64,000 nucleotides of DNA. It comes from a virus. Taxonomy: Duplodnaviria > Caudoviricetes. A program made the translations under genes and the position numbers. Positions 37,514 through 48,533 of the stretch are shown in pieces (position 1 is the stretch's first letter; each line of letters begins with the position of its first letter). The stretch spans positions 1-64,000 of the IMG/VR virus record IMGVR_UViG_3300029288_000065; one strand, written 5' to 3'. The notes under the pieces were generated by a model. That model worked only from the letters and a program-made list of their open reading frames with translations. It made no database searches and was not told where the DNA came from.

Positions 37514-39220
37514 GTGATAGCCAGAATAAAAGACAACCATTGGATTTACCTCGATCAGATAACTCAAGGATCAGAAGATGCTTTGGTGTATCATTTTAGC
37601 GTCAAGCATCCACGAGCTTTTTATATCGACACGAATGCTGAATGGGATGGATTCTATAGGAAGTATAGTGTATCGAAGCAACGACTTGCTCTTCCTTTCT
37701 TAAATGAATTAAAAGTTTGCTGTACCAAACATCAGATTCCTTTGGAAATTGACGACCAGCGTCCGAAGATTGTAGTTCCTCTTACAAGTGCTGTTACGAA
37801 GGATATGCTTTCTGGTGTGGTTTTGGAGGATTATCAGATAAATGCTGCGTTGGCTACTCTAAAAGAAGAGATTGGGATTATCCTTAGTACTACAGGTTCT
37901 GGGAAGACAGAGATTATGTGTATGTTGGTAAAATTGTTTGGTTGTTCAACTGTGATTATTACAGAACAAAGAGTTATTCTGGATCAGATTGTTAAAAGAT
38001 TAGAGCTCCGAGATGTAGTTAGTGAAGAAGATATAGGTATGTTCTGTTCTGGTCATATGCCAAATGGTCAGATTATTATAGTAGGCAATATTCAGTCTGT
38101 TTCTGCTCCTACGAAGCCAAAATTTCAAGAAATAAAGGTTTCTGAAGCTTCAGCTTTAAAGTCACTTCTGGATCTCATTGAAAAGGAAGATAAGGATGAA
38201 TTAATTCATATTCTTCCGAGGAAGCTGGTTGATACGTTCATTGAACATCCTGAGGCAATTGAGAAGTTGAAGGGGAAATATTTACAGATTGTAATTGATT
38301 ATTTTAAACAGAAGAGATTCCAAATGAGATTGAAGTGGTATCAGACGCGTATTATTCATGCAAAGAAGATTCAGGATTATATTTCTCATGCTGATATGCT
38401 TTTGGTTGATGAGGCTGATTTGGCGGTTTCTGTTCAATATACTGATCTTTGTAGAAGGATTTTTAATGGTAGGCGTCGTTATGGTTTGACTGGTACTGCT
38501 TTTGATAAATCCAAACCAGTTGAGAATTTGTTTTTGCGAGAAAATCTTGGTAATGTTATTCATGAAGTTCCGAGAGAGGAAGTTCAGGAACGAGGTAGGA
38601 TTATACCTGTTAAGTGTTTTTTCTTGGGTGTTGGTTTGGATGGGGATAAAAAGGATGTTCGTGCTTTTGATATTGCTATGAAGGAAGAGATAATTGAGAA
38701 TGAGAAGTTTCAGAAGTTGGTTGCGTCTCTAAATGCCGGTTTTGTTAAAGAGAGGAATCTTATTCTTATTGATACTTCTCCGATAGAATCTTTGGGTCTT
38801 GCTTTACAAGATAAGATTCCTAATTCCAAATTTTTATATAATAAGTCCTCTATGCCAGAGAGATGGGAATTTATAAAGAAGTTTGAGAAGGGTGAGCTTC
38901 AATGTTTAATTGGTGGGAAGATATTCAAACGAGGATTAGATCTTTCTGGAGGTGTTGATAATTTAATAATTATAGGTGGTGGAAAACAATGGTCTAATAT
39001 AAATCAGATGGTTGGTAGAGGAGTACGTATAAATTCCAGAGGTTGGGCAAGAGTGTTTTGTTTCTTCTTTTTGAATAATAAATATTTATACCACCATAGT
39101 AGGGAAAATTTAAAGGCTGTGGTGGATTTGGGGTACACAACTAAGATCTGCTTGAATGGGAAACAATTTGACGCAGAAAACTTTATCAACTCCCGCTTCA
39201 GACTCCCAAAAGGTGTCTGA
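37514..39220 (+). CDS. SF2 DNA helicase, UvsW-like
   Basis: DYQ, TGSGKT, DEAD, GLTGT, RGLD, QMVGRGVR. Confidence 0.88.
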   Translation: MIARIKDNHWIYLDQITQGSEDALVYHFSVKHPRAFYIDTNAEWDGFYRKYSVSKQRLALPFLNELKVCCTKHQIPLEIDDQRPKIVVPLTSAVTKDMLSGVVLEDYQINAALATLKEEIGIILSTTGSGKTEIMCMLVKLFGCSTVIITEQRVILDQIVKRLELRDVVSEEDIGMFCSGHMPNGQIIIVGNIQSVSAPTKPKFQEIKVSEASALKSLLDLIEKEDKDELIHILPRKLVDTFIEHPEAIEKLKGKYLQIVIDYFKQKRFQMRLKWYQTRIIHAKKIQDYISHADMLLVDEADLAVSVQYTDLCRRIFNGRRRYGLTGTAFDKSKPVENLFLRENLGNVIHEVPREEVQERGRIIPVKCFFLGVGLDGDKKDVRAFDIAMKEEIIENEKFQKLVASLNAGFVKERNLILIDTSPIESLGLALQDKIPNSKFLYNKSSMPERWEFIKKFEKGELQCLIGGKIFKRGLDLSGGVDNLIIIGGGKQWSNINQMVGRGVRINSRGWARVFCFFFLNNKYLYHHSRENLKAVVDLGYTTKICLNGKQFDAENFINSRFRLPKGV

Positions 39221-40091
39221 AGATTTTGTACTAAAACAAGCAGACAGAACAGAAATTCTTCCAAAGAATCATTATTTTGACAACGAGACCGTTGAACACT
39301 TAATGCACCAATACTTGCGCGGTGCCTGTACTGAAGTTAGATTACGTGATGAGATAATGAAACATGCTTCTGAACTTATCAAACAGATTATAAAAGCTCA
39401 CAATCTTGGTCAGATTTATCCGGGAAAAGAAGAATCTTCAATTATGGATTTATTTCAAACAGCCTGGGTTCAGATTGAAAGCGCTCTTTACAAATATGAA
39501 GCTCTACCTCATTGCAAGTCTTGTTTTAATGTAATGCGCCCTGCAGATTCTTTGTTATATCAAGAATATGTATTCGAGGATTTTCTATTCAAGAAAGTGA
39601 AATATTGTAAGAGATGTAAGAAATTAATCTCAGTAGTGGGTATACATTATAGAGGTAAGAGCAGAGTTTTTAATATGTGGTCGCAAATCGCTAGAACAGT
39701 AATCTTGGCTTATATAAAGAAAGAAAATAGGGATAGGAAGAACAGTGACGTTTTTAAATCGCATCTTGAACATAAGACTATTCCTTATAATGAGACCCTC
39801 CAGAGATTCTTTACTGAAGCAAGAGAAATGAGCAAATACAATGATGAACATATAAAGATTCTTGATGCATTACAAAAATTATATTTTGAAGACGATAGGG
39901 CTCATGAAGGTCTAATAACAAAATTAGTTGAGAGGACTGGATTGTCAAGGCCAGTGGTCACTGACTTCTTTAGGATTTTGCGGTCAAGAAGCCATGAAAT
40001 CACAGATTCACCTGTGAACCGAGAAGTTAAGTCCATGAAGTCACTGATGGGCGGTGATTCGTCATATGCGCCACAACAAGACGAATACTAA
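39156..40091 (+). CDS. late-transcription sigma factor, gp55-like, with CxxC..CxxC insertion (start uncertain)
   Basis: HYFDNE, DLFQ.AW..I..ALYKY, KSRVFNMWSQIARTVILAYIKKE. Confidence 0.65.
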   Translation: MGNNLTQKTLSTPASDSQKVSEDFVLKQADRTEILPKNHYFDNETVEHLMHQYLRGACTEVRLRDEIMKHASELIKQIIKAHNLGQIYPGKEESSIMDLFQTAWVQIESALYKYEALPHCKSCFNVMRPADSLLYQEYVFEDFLFKKVKYCKRCKKLISVVGIHYRGKSRVFNMWSQIARTVILAYIKKENRDRKNSDVFKSHLEHKTIPYNETLQRFFTEAREMSKYNDEHIKILDALQKLYFEDDRAHEGLITKLVERTGLSRPVVTDFFRILRSRSHEITDSPVNREVKSMKSLMGGDSSYAPQQDEY

Positions 40092-40120
40092 TTCCAACAA
40101 AAATCAAAAGGAGAGATAAC

Positions 40121-40651
40121 ATGCCTGAACGCATAATAGAGGTTGGTGCCAGGGATATAGCAGGTATCCAGAAACCAACAATTCCTGGTGCTGTAAAAAG
40201 AGTGGTAGCCGCAGGGGGCGGAATAACACCACCAAATAAACCAGCAGAAGTAACCAGACGCCATGGGAAATTTAACGACCCAAGCGGAAGTCCCAAATTC
40301 CAGAAAAATATGCGAATGAGAAGAAAAGTCAAAGAAGTAACCCCAGAAATGCACGAATGCCTCTCTTTCCTAACTTCTACCGTAGGAAAACCAGAACAAG
40401 AGATCAGGAAACTTATTAAAGATTTCCCATTGAAGGAAAAACTCCTCCAATTGGTTGACCATATTATTGCCACCGGGATGGGTGGGTGGAAACAGAGCGG
40501 GAAGATGTTGGTGAATGAAAGTGGACATGAAGCATCTTTGGAAAATTGGGAACTGGTTAGGGGCGGGAGAATAAAACCAATAGGGTGTAAAAAACCCTAT
40601 CATTATGATGTAGATAAATTATTGAAAATAAGGAGTATTTGCGATGAATGA
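40121..40651 (+). CDS. hypothetical protein
   Basis: SD AGGAG. Confidence 0.6.
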   Translation: MPERIIEVGARDIAGIQKPTIPGAVKRVVAAGGGITPPNKPAEVTRRHGKFNDPSGSPKFQKNMRMRRKVKEVTPEMHECLSFLTSTVGKPEQEIRKLIKDFPLKEKLLQLVDHIIATGMGGWKQSGKMLVNESGHEASLENWELVRGGRIKPIGCKKPYHYDVDKLLKIRSICDE

Positions 40652-41309
40652 TGAAGAGATTGATCCAGATCTAATTGCTATATTGGAACAGGAAGGTATA
40701 GAGACGGAAGTCATTCCACCAGAAGAGCCAATTCCTGTTGGACCAGTTGGACCAGTCCAAGCAGAGACTGAATCACTAGTACCTCCTGAAAATCCAGTTG
40801 GGCCAGTCCAAGCAGAGACTGAATCACCAGTACCTCCTGAAAATCCAGTACCTCAGCAGATTGTTGTTGTAGAACCAGTAGTAACCCCAAACAAAAAGAA
40901 AGCAAAACCCAAGAGTGATCTATTGGAGGAGAAACCCGAAGAAGATAAACTTGGACTTAAAAAACTTATAATGGACTTTGGAAAGACAGCTGATGTTATA
41001 GTTCATAATTATGATGTTGATCGTGGTCAAGTTAATAATGCATTAATATATTTTGAGCAACAAGTAAAAGAAGCACGTGCTGCAGGTCAAAAACTACCAC
41101 AGGCATTTATTGATGGTTGGGTAAAACTGTTGGCAGTAAAATCAGAAATTAATACCAATGCAACTGGTGTACTTGATTCAGTTGCCAAGTTGATCGCTTC
41201 TGCAAAGAACAATAATATAATTATAAATATGGGTGGTGATAAGAATCAGAATACCACTATCAATCTGGAGGAATTATTAAGTCAGGACAGGAAAGAAGAT
41301 GAGGAATAA
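40644..41309 (+). CDS. putative terminase small subunit
   Basis: directly upstream of TerL; helical core with an NNNIIIN tail; assigned mainly by position. Confidence 0.45.
   Translation: MNDEEIDPDLIAILEQEGIETEVIPPEEPIPVGPVGPVQAETESLVPPENPVGPVQAETESPVPPENPVPQQIVVVEPVVTPNKKKAKPKSDLLEEKPEEDKLGLKKLIMDFGKTADVIVHNYDVDRGQVNNALIYFEQQVKEARAAGQKLPQAFIDGWVKLLAVKSEINTNATGVLDSVAKLIASAKNNNIIINMGGDKNQNTTINLEELLSQDRKEDEE
40743..40849 (+). repeat. 51-bp tandem repeat x2 (PVGPVQAETESxVPPEN)
   Basis: units 40743-40793 and 40794-40844 differ at 2 positions. Confidence 0.9.
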
Positions 41310-41311
41310 TA

Positions 41312-43183
41312 ATGTCAGAAAGTATGATCCAACAGTTGTTATTACGATGTAAAGGTAGTTCTATATTCTTCATAGAAAATTTCTGTAAAGTAAAGCACCC
41401 AAAAGCTGGTATAATGCCATTTAATTTATTCAGTTACCAGAAAAGATCACTACAAGAATTCCGAAAACACAGGTTTAATTGTTATAAGAAAACTCGTCAA
41501 TGTGGTGTTTCGACATTGGCTGGATCGTTCGCACTTTGGTATGCCATGTTTTATAATCACAAGACAGTATTAATTGTCTCCAAACGTGATTTGGATGCTA
41601 CCGCTTTCCTTGATAAGAACATAAAATTCGTTTATGATCACCTTCCTGATGAATTCAAGAAGATTTATGGTGATCCACCTCCGGTTTATAATGAGCATAC
41701 TATAAAATTCCCGAATGGTTCTATGATCCAAAGCTTAACTTCCAGTCCGGATACATTACGATCAAATTCATCATCTCTGAACATTCTGGACGAAGTCGCG
41801 TTTATGCCTGATATGGATACCATGTGGTCAGGCGGTTATTCGACCTTGATGCATGGTGGTTCAGTAATAGCAATCTCCACGACAAATGGAATGGGAAATT
41901 GGTATCATCTAACCTGGGAGGATGCAGTCGCTGGAAAAAATGAATTCAATCCAATTGAAGTGAACTGGTGGGATATGGATTGGACTCTGGAATATACGGA
42001 CGAGTTTACTGGACAGACTCGTAAAATTGCACCACGTGATGGAATCAGAAAATGCGTTTCCAAAGAAGAAAGGAATATGTGGGGTCCATATTGGAGTCCA
42101 TGGCTCCAAGAGCAGTATAGAGCATTGCAACAAAGAGGTGAAGCTCACCTCTTTAGACAAGAAATTTTGGCTGAATTTATTGGTACAGGAAATACCGTGT
42201 TACCAGCAGAAGCACTTCTGAGAATTAGAGAAGATCTCCAAGATGAATATTCTAGAGTGAACAGAGTTGATTATACGCACCCAGCTACAGATGAGAAACT
42301 TGTTCTTGATTTTGAAGATCTTCTTTGGATCTGGAAGAAACCAGTAAAACCGACAGTACCAGTTGTTGAGAATGGAAGGATTATTAAACCTGGTATACCA
42401 GGCCATGCATATTCGATGGGGATTGACGTTTCATCTGGTGAAGCCGACGATTATTCAGCAATTGAGATAATTGACGTTGTTGAAAAGGAACAGGTGGCTG
42501 AGCTTAATATAAAAGTTATGCCAAATATTTTGGCATTCATGGTTGATTATTTGGCCAGATATTATAATATGGCTTATGTTGTACCAGAGCGAACTGGTAT
42601 GGGTGTTGGACTCTGTAACGACATTTATTATACGTTAGGGTACCCTAACGTTTATCGTATGAAGAGTCCAAGTGGTATTCTAAGTAAGAAAATTGGTTTT
42701 CCAACATCTCCAACTTATAAGCCAACATTAACAAAATGTCTTTTGGATTACTTGACTGAAGATGATCTGAAAATTTATAGTCGCAGGTTATTTGGTCAAC
42801 TTTCGATTTTTATTCATCTGGGAGGGAATAAAGTTGGTAATGTTGATGGACCTGGTAACCATGACGATTTATCTATTGGTTTTGCTTTGGCATTAATGGG
42901 GATTTTGGAAGCTGCTCAATCAGACCAGAGGCAGCTTATTCCTCAACATTATGTTCCTACTGATGATCCGACGATGTCAGTAAATCCGAAATCGTTGACT
43001 GATATGACGCAGTCAGGAGGTTTGGGTTGTTTGATGCCTATGGTACTTGGGAATGAAGTTTTTACTTATGAGACTCCTGAGGAGATGGTTCGGAAATTTC
43101 AGAATCAGATTGGTGGTACAATAGTAAAACCTCCGTCAAATGCAGTTGTACCGAGGAAACATGATATTATTAAATATAAGTAA
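41312..43183 (+). CDS. terminase large subunit (gp17-like)
   Basis: KTRQCGVST Walker A, ILDEVAF Walker B, ISTTNG, GIDVSSG, HDD. Confidence 0.95.
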   Translation: MSESMIQQLLLRCKGSSIFFIENFCKVKHPKAGIMPFNLFSYQKRSLQEFRKHRFNCYKKTRQCGVSTLAGSFALWYAMFYNHKTVLIVSKRDLDATAFLDKNIKFVYDHLPDEFKKIYGDPPPVYNEHTIKFPNGSMIQSLTSSPDTLRSNSSSLNILDEVAFMPDMDTMWSGGYSTLMHGGSVIAISTTNGMGNWYHLTWEDAVAGKNEFNPIEVNWWDMDWTLEYTDEFTGQTRKIAPRDGIRKCVSKEERNMWGPYWSPWLQEQYRALQQRGEAHLFRQEILAEFIGTGNTVLPAEALLRIREDLQDEYSRVNRVDYTHPATDEKLVLDFEDLLWIWKKPVKPTVPVVENGRIIKPGIPGHAYSMGIDVSSGEADDYSAIEIIDVVEKEQVAELNIKVMPNILAFMVDYLARYYNMAYVVPERTGMGVGLCNDIYYTLGYPNVYRMKSPSGILSKKIGFPTSPTYKPTLTKCLLDYLTEDDLKIYSRRLFGQLSIFIHLGGNKVGNVDGPGNHDDLSIGFALALMGILEAAQSDQRQLIPQHYVPTDDPTMSVNPKSLTDMTQSGGLGCLMPMVLGNEVFTYETPEEMVRKFQNQIGGTIVKPPSNAVVPRKHDIIKYK

Positions 43184-43227
43184 ATATTTAAGTGAGGAAA
43201 ACATATCTATGAATAATAGGAGTAAGT

Positions 43228-45060
43228 ATGCCACTACCTAATTGGCAATTATTTGATCGTTTGCGTGCATTTCTACGCAAGGCTAATTTGTTCCGACAGG
43301 ACAACTTATTCCAAGATCAAACTGCCCCAGATAGAATTATCAGCGGTGGAGATTTTATAGAATTCAGTAAACATGCAGGACTTCTGGAACAGACCAACCT
43401 CCAAATAAACAGACTGGAACGTTATAAAGACTATGATATGATGGATGAAGTTGGTGAGATTACTCTCGCGATGGATCTTTATGCTGATGAATCATCTCTA
43501 ATAGACCCAGAGCGAAAGCACGCAATCATAGTAAGATCGAAGAATAAGAAAATAAAGGAAGTTGTAGAAGACTTTCTATATAATACTCTGTTAATTGACA
43601 GAGATATCCGTCCAATGATTAGATATCTCTGCAAATATGGTGATTATGCTGCTGAAATGGTTCCTACGAAGAATCGTGATGGTTTGGCCTCCTTGAGATT
43701 CATAAACATCTACAATTTCACCAGAGTACAAACTAAGTTTGGTGACTTGGTTGGCTTCTATTATCAAGATCCAAATACGATGACTCCTTATTTTCTACAT
43801 CCTTGGCAAGTTGCCCATATGCGTTTGACAAGCTTTGAACAGATATATCATCCGTACGGAAAATCGCTTTTGGATGGTTCGCGAAAAGATTTCAAGCGTC
43901 TGCGTCTGATGGAAGATGCTGCGTTAATTTACAGAATAACACGCGCTCCTGAGAAAAGAATTTTCTCTATTCCAATTGGACAAATTCCTTCAAATCAGAT
44001 ATATATGTACTTGACTGAAATAGCAAGGCAATTTAAGAAACATAAATTCGTTGATCCTACGACTGGACAAGTAAATGAGAGATATAGTCCACTGATCCAG
44101 GAAGATGATTTCTTCCTTCCGAAGCGTCCAGATGGGACGGGACCAGAAGTTAGTACACTACCAGGTGCTCAGAATCTGGATCAGATTGAAGACATCCTTT
44201 ATTTCAAAAAGAAAATGATTGCAGGGTTAAAGATTCCGTTTAGCAGAGTTGGTATTGGTGAACAAACGGAAAGTGATGGTAGGTCTCTTTCGTCTGTTTC
44301 CCCTGAATTTGCCAAAGCTACGCAATGGGTCCAGCGCGAGATGGTTACTGGACTTCGCAAAGTTTGCGTAGTCCACTTGGCTTTACAGGGATATTCAATT
44401 CAGGAGATAAAGAGTTTTGATCTGTCTATGACTGCAGCGTCAGCCATTGATGAACTTTACCGGATTGAGACATGGAACACGCGTGCTGATATTATTGGTA
44501 CTCTAAAAGAATCCGGTTTATTCCCTGATGATTGGATTTTGGAGAGATTCACGGATATGACCCGTGATGAAATTGACCAACTTCAACGTGACAATGAAGA
44601 AAAGGCAGCTGTTCAAGCTGCCAGTCAAGAGCCGGCAGCTCCAGAAGATATTTTGACGATGGGTGAGGCTGTTGACGATGAAGATCAGAAGCTTATTAAT
44701 GAGTATAAGGATTATGAGAAGAGAATCTATGGTAGAAAGATTGTTATTCCAGATGAAGCGGAAAAGCCTTTGAAATATAGAAAAGATCCGATCTTTGAGA
44801 ATGCCTCTCTTGAATGGTATGTGAATAATAATGAGATAGATGGTCTTCCATCCAGAGATGAGAATACGTTATTGGTCGAATCGAAAGTTCCAATAAGTGA
44901 AATAAAGGAAGTACGGAAGCAGTATGAAATTCTTTTAAGTTATAATGGTGTACCAAACGAAAACATACAAAGGATGGCAAATTCGGTTGAAGAGGGGAAA
45001 CAAGTTCTTTCAGAGGATACAAGCGATCAGATACAGGAATCTGATCTCCCGCAAAAATAA
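43228..45060 (+). CDS. portal protein (gp20-like)
   Basis: LMEDAALIYRITRAPEKRIF, EDDFFLP, TLPGAQNL..IEDI.YF. Confidence 0.95.
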   Translation: MPLPNWQLFDRLRAFLRKANLFRQDNLFQDQTAPDRIISGGDFIEFSKHAGLLEQTNLQINRLERYKDYDMMDEVGEITLAMDLYADESSLIDPERKHAIIVRSKNKKIKEVVEDFLYNTLLIDRDIRPMIRYLCKYGDYAAEMVPTKNRDGLASLRFINIYNFTRVQTKFGDLVGFYYQDPNTMTPYFLHPWQVAHMRLTSFEQIYHPYGKSLLDGSRKDFKRLRLMEDAALIYRITRAPEKRIFSIPIGQIPSNQIYMYLTEIARQFKKHKFVDPTTGQVNERYSPLIQEDDFFLPKRPDGTGPEVSTLPGAQNLDQIEDILYFKKKMIAGLKIPFSRVGIGEQTESDGRSLSSVSPEFAKATQWVQREMVTGLRKVCVVHLALQGYSIQEIKSFDLSMTAASAIDELYRIETWNTRADIIGTLKESGLFPDDWILERFTDMTRDEIDQLQRDNEEKAAVQAASQEPAAPEDILTMGEAVDDEDQKLINEYKDYEKRIYGRKIVIPDEAEKPLKYRKDPIFENASLEWYVNNNEIDGLPSRDENTLLVESKVPISEIKEVRKQYEILLSYNGVPNENIQRMANSVEEGKQVLSEDTSDQIQESDLPQK

Positions 45061-45087
45061 TTCAGACCTAGATAGAGGACAATACAC

Positions 45088-48000
45088 ATGAAAATTACGC
45101 TCCCAGTAACTGAGGTTGATGCTGGAAAATTCCTGCACTCAATCAATGTAGGAGCACACGCTCAAATCTCATTATTTGAAGAGCGTGTCAAACAAATGGG
45201 AAAGGAACTTGATGCCAATTGGCAACTTGCTTCCTTAGACCAGAAAAATGTATTCATTGAAGATATTGATACTCATACCTACTATCAAGGAAAAATTGAA
45301 AATATCGGAAAGGGTCGCGTTAAAATTACAGACCTCAAAGAACTTCGGATAGTTGAATCAAAGAAAGAAAACACTTTTAAGAAGAACGTAAGTGAACTGA
45401 TTACAGCATTATCTGAAGATAAGGTCGCAGATGCAGATGGAATCTTTAATAAGATCGCAAAGCAGAGATTCCGCTCTTCAGTAATCCCAGAAAGCGGTAT
45501 GGTAACCACCAGGGATGGACGAGCACGAACTGTCAAAGTTCAAAGAGAAATTATTGAAGAAAAGGATAGAGTAGGTCTCATCAAGAGAATAGCAGAAGCC
45601 CTAAAGGACGGCGTGAAAATTGAACGTGGCAGAATAGTTGAAGCAGTATTTGGTGATCAGACCATTAAGATCCCAATTAACGAAATGACACGCCGAAAAG
45701 TCGTAGCTGGTACAATTAAGGAAGCAGCCAAGAAAGCTTACCTCTCAGAAGGATTCCAAATGAGAGTTAAGCATGTTGCAACAATGGTAGTTGAAGAGAA
45801 AGTGAAAGAAGCAGTCCAAAACTTCTCTGAATTCTTCACAGAAAACCAAGAATTCTCACTTCTAAATATTACTGAAATGCGCGAACTGGCAGGCAACTCT
45901 CTAGCCGCCCAATGCTGCTTCAACAAGGCATTGGGGAATGATGTTGGTACCCTAATGTATAGAGCAAATTGTCGCGCCAATAAAGACACAATCATGACAG
46001 AGTGGCGCAAGACCGCTCGCATGACAGAATATGCACCATTTGTCGAGAATGTTAGAAGACTTGAGGAATCCAAGGATTTCGAGAGTGACTATAATGAATT
46101 CCTGGCAGCAATCTTCACTGAGAGTAGCAGAGATTTGAACCTGGAAGCTGCTGAACACCTCCTAACCCTCCGGAAGATCCGAGACCTTCTGACTGCTTCA
46201 AAGGAACAGTCTGAAGATCTCCAGAAGATCGATAATTACATCCGCGAACTTGAAATCAAGCGTGAGAATGTGGATGACGCAGCAATTATGGAAGTTAGGA
46301 ATTTCCTTGCTGGTTTGAGTGAGGAGATTATTGATGCAGCAGTTGCGTTGGATGCTTATTCCAACCCGAATATTGGTACGATGCAGTCCTTCGACGAGAT
46401 GCCAGCCGCAAGTGCTTCAGAGCCCAAGATGTTTGGTGCTTCTGCCGGTGGTGAGCCAGCTGACCTTGGTGGTATTGGTGAAGCTCTCCCACTGGAAGGT
46501 GAGCCAGGAATGGGCGGAGAAGCTGGTGGTGATGTTGCAGGTATGGAAGGCCCAGGTGGTGAACTTGAAGGTTTGGGCGGCGGTGGTGCTCCGGAAGGAG
46601 AAGGTGCTCCTGAAGAGGAAGGCAGCTTAGAAGAGTTATTGGCTGCAGATGTTCAGCGTACTGGGAAGCCACTTTCGGAAGCTCAGAGTGAATGGCTCAA
46701 GAATAAGATTGCTGAGAAGGGTAAGAAGACTGGTTCCAGCGATAAAGATGATGACAAGCCAGCTATGTCTTCAGATTCTTCGGAATCTGAGGAGACAGAA
46801 TGTGAAGATGGTGCAGCTTGTGAAGAGAAGGATATTCTCAAAATTCGCGCTGCAGTTTCTGAGCTGAATGTCAAGGGTCTCCACGCTGAATTGGTGGAAT
46901 GGAAGAAGAATGCTTCCAAATTTATTAAGGAAGATGGTCTTCCACGTGCTACTGTCCAATTGAAAGCTTACATTGACCATGCTCGGGCTTTGAATGAGAG
47001 TAAGCTCGCATCAGTTTTCGAGCAAATTCTTGTTGCTAATACTCCGATCAAGGTTGATAGTCCAGTTGTTGAGGACATCAGTGATGACCCCTACAAGTAT
47101 GTGGTTGAAGGGGTAAAGGAATCTGAAGACGGTCTTGGCGCGGGTGAGCCGAAGAAAAACATTTCTTTCCCATCTGGTGGTGACAAGACAGTTACCGACA
47201 TGGATGGAAAACATCCGAATGAAGTTACCCACCAGCCTGAATCCACATTGAAGAAGGGTGGACAGAAGATTGGTTCCAAGACGGTTGGTAAGGTCTGTTG
47301 TGGTGAATGTAACTCCACCTACGAAATCGTTGATTGCTTAAAAGAAGACACAGCTATCTGCCCAAGGTGTGGTGCCGATGTTTATGAGAATGTCATGGCA
47401 GTTTTGGACGAAGCCAAGACAGACCACAAGATGGATAGTCCAGAGGGAAAGGGACTTCAGAAGCAGAGTGTTGGCCAGGTAAAGATTTCGGCAAGTGGTG
47501 AAAAGCCGACCAATGATTCCCCAGAAGGAAAGGGAGTTGCAAAGAGCACTCCGAAGAAGGTTGATGGTACCAAGGGTGAGAAGGGTGGTAGTAAGAAAGA
47601 AGGAATGGAATGCCAGGATGGGAAACCAATTTCTGGTGGTGTGAAGGGTGAGGTCGAAGAGGGTAGTCGCCGACCACCTACTTCCAGGAAGACTATCGTT
47701 CACCCATTTAATAAGTCTGCTGGATTTACCACTGAAGAAGTTGACGATGTAGCTGCTCGAATTGCCGAAGCGATGGGCGATGAGGAAGAGCTGCCATTGG
47801 AAGATGAAGGTGGTGAACCAGGGGATGTTGGTGGAGATGATGTTGCTCCGCCATCTGATATTGCTGGTGGTCCTGCTGGTGGCCCTGAAATGGGTGATGC
47901 GGACTTGGTTTCTGACATTGGTGGCGCTTCTCCTGAGGGTGGTCTTGGTGATGAAGCTGGTTTGCCTCCAGTTGGTGGTGCTGAGGAATTACCTCCATCA

Positions 48001-48504
48001 GCTCCAGGGATGGATGTGGATCAGGGAACGTTTGAAGTTGATATTCCTGCTACTTCCGACACTGGTGATCCAGTTACTCAAATCAAGATCAATCTTCCAG
48101 GTGGCGAGGTAGAGGGGATAGAGACAGTTGGTGAAATGCCTCCTCCTGGTGGTGCTGAGTTGCCTCCTCCTGGTGGTGAAGTTCCTGAAGAAATTCCGCC
48201 AATTGGTGGTGAGGAAGGTCCTCCGACTGAAATTCCGCCAGCGGGCGGTGGTGAGGGGATTGAGACTCTTCCTTCTGATGAGGAAGAGGACGAGATCGTA
48301 CCAGAAGAGAAGGAAGTCAAACCTGCTGTCCAGAAGAAGTTTCCAGCTTCCAAGAATCCAATTGGTAAAGCTGGAGAAGGCAGTGTAAAGTGCCCACCTG
48401 ACAACAAGAAGACTGAAAAGGCAGCACGTGATCAAGGTAATCCAAAACCGACTCTCTCTACCTACACAGGAGAGTCGGGCAAGGTTCCGAAAGCCAAAAA
48501 GTAA
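45088..48504 (+). CDS. large acidic head-associated protein (putative prohead core/internal protein)
   Basis: 1138 aa between portal and protease; E/G/P-rich low-complexity tracts. Confidence 0.6.
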   Translation: MKITLPVTEVDAGKFLHSINVGAHAQISLFEERVKQMGKELDANWQLASLDQKNVFIEDIDTHTYYQGKIENIGKGRVKITDLKELRIVESKKENTFKKNVSELITALSEDKVADADGIFNKIAKQRFRSSVIPESGMVTTRDGRARTVKVQREIIEEKDRVGLIKRIAEALKDGVKIERGRIVEAVFGDQTIKIPINEMTRRKVVAGTIKEAAKKAYLSEGFQMRVKHVATMVVEEKVKEAVQNFSEFFTENQEFSLLNITEMRELAGNSLAAQCCFNKALGNDVGTLMYRANCRANKDTIMTEWRKTARMTEYAPFVENVRRLEESKDFESDYNEFLAAIFTESSRDLNLEAAEHLLTLRKIRDLLTASKEQSEDLQKIDNYIRELEIKRENVDDAAIMEVRNFLAGLSEEIIDAAVALDAYSNPNIGTMQSFDEMPAASASEPKMFGASAGGEPADLGGIGEALPLEGEPGMGGEAGGDVAGMEGPGGELEGLGGGGAPEGEGAPEEEGSLEELLAADVQRTGKPLSEAQSEWLKNKIAEKGKKTGSSDKDDDKPAMSSDSSESEETECEDGAACEEKDILKIRAAVSELNVKGLHAELVEWKKNASKFIKEDGLPRATVQLKAYIDHARALNESKLASVFEQILVANTPIKVDSPVVEDISDDPYKYVVEGVKESEDGLGAGEPKKNISFPSGGDKTVTDMDGKHPNEVTHQPESTLKKGGQKIGSKTVGKVCCGECNSTYEIVDCLKEDTAICPRCGADVYENVMAVLDEAKTDHKMDSPEGKGLQKQSVGQVKISASGEKPTNDSPEGKGVAKSTPKKVDGTKGEKGGSKKEGMECQDGKPISGGVKGEVEEGSRRPPTSRKTIVHPFNKSAGFTTEEVDDVAARIAEAMGDEEELPLEDEGGEPGDVGGDDVAPPSDIAGGPAGGPEMGDADLVSDIGGASPEGGLGDEAGLPPVGGAEELPPSAPGMDVDQGTFEVDIPATSDTGDPVTQIKINLPGGEVEGIETVGEMPPPGGAELPPPGGEVPEEIPPIGGEEGPPTEIPPAGGGEGIETLPSDEEEDEIVPEEKEVKPAVQKKFPASKNPIGKAGEGSVKCPPDNKKTEKAARDQGNPKPTLSTYTGESGKVPKAKK

Positions 48505-48533
48505 GGGGTTTGGGAGAGTAAACGGAGAATAAC

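Noticed and set aside
7801-45060. Inteins or introns in RNR, helicase, terminase or portal
   Set aside because: The ORFs are continuous and of ordinary size, and no intein splice-junction or LAGLIDADG motifs were seen.
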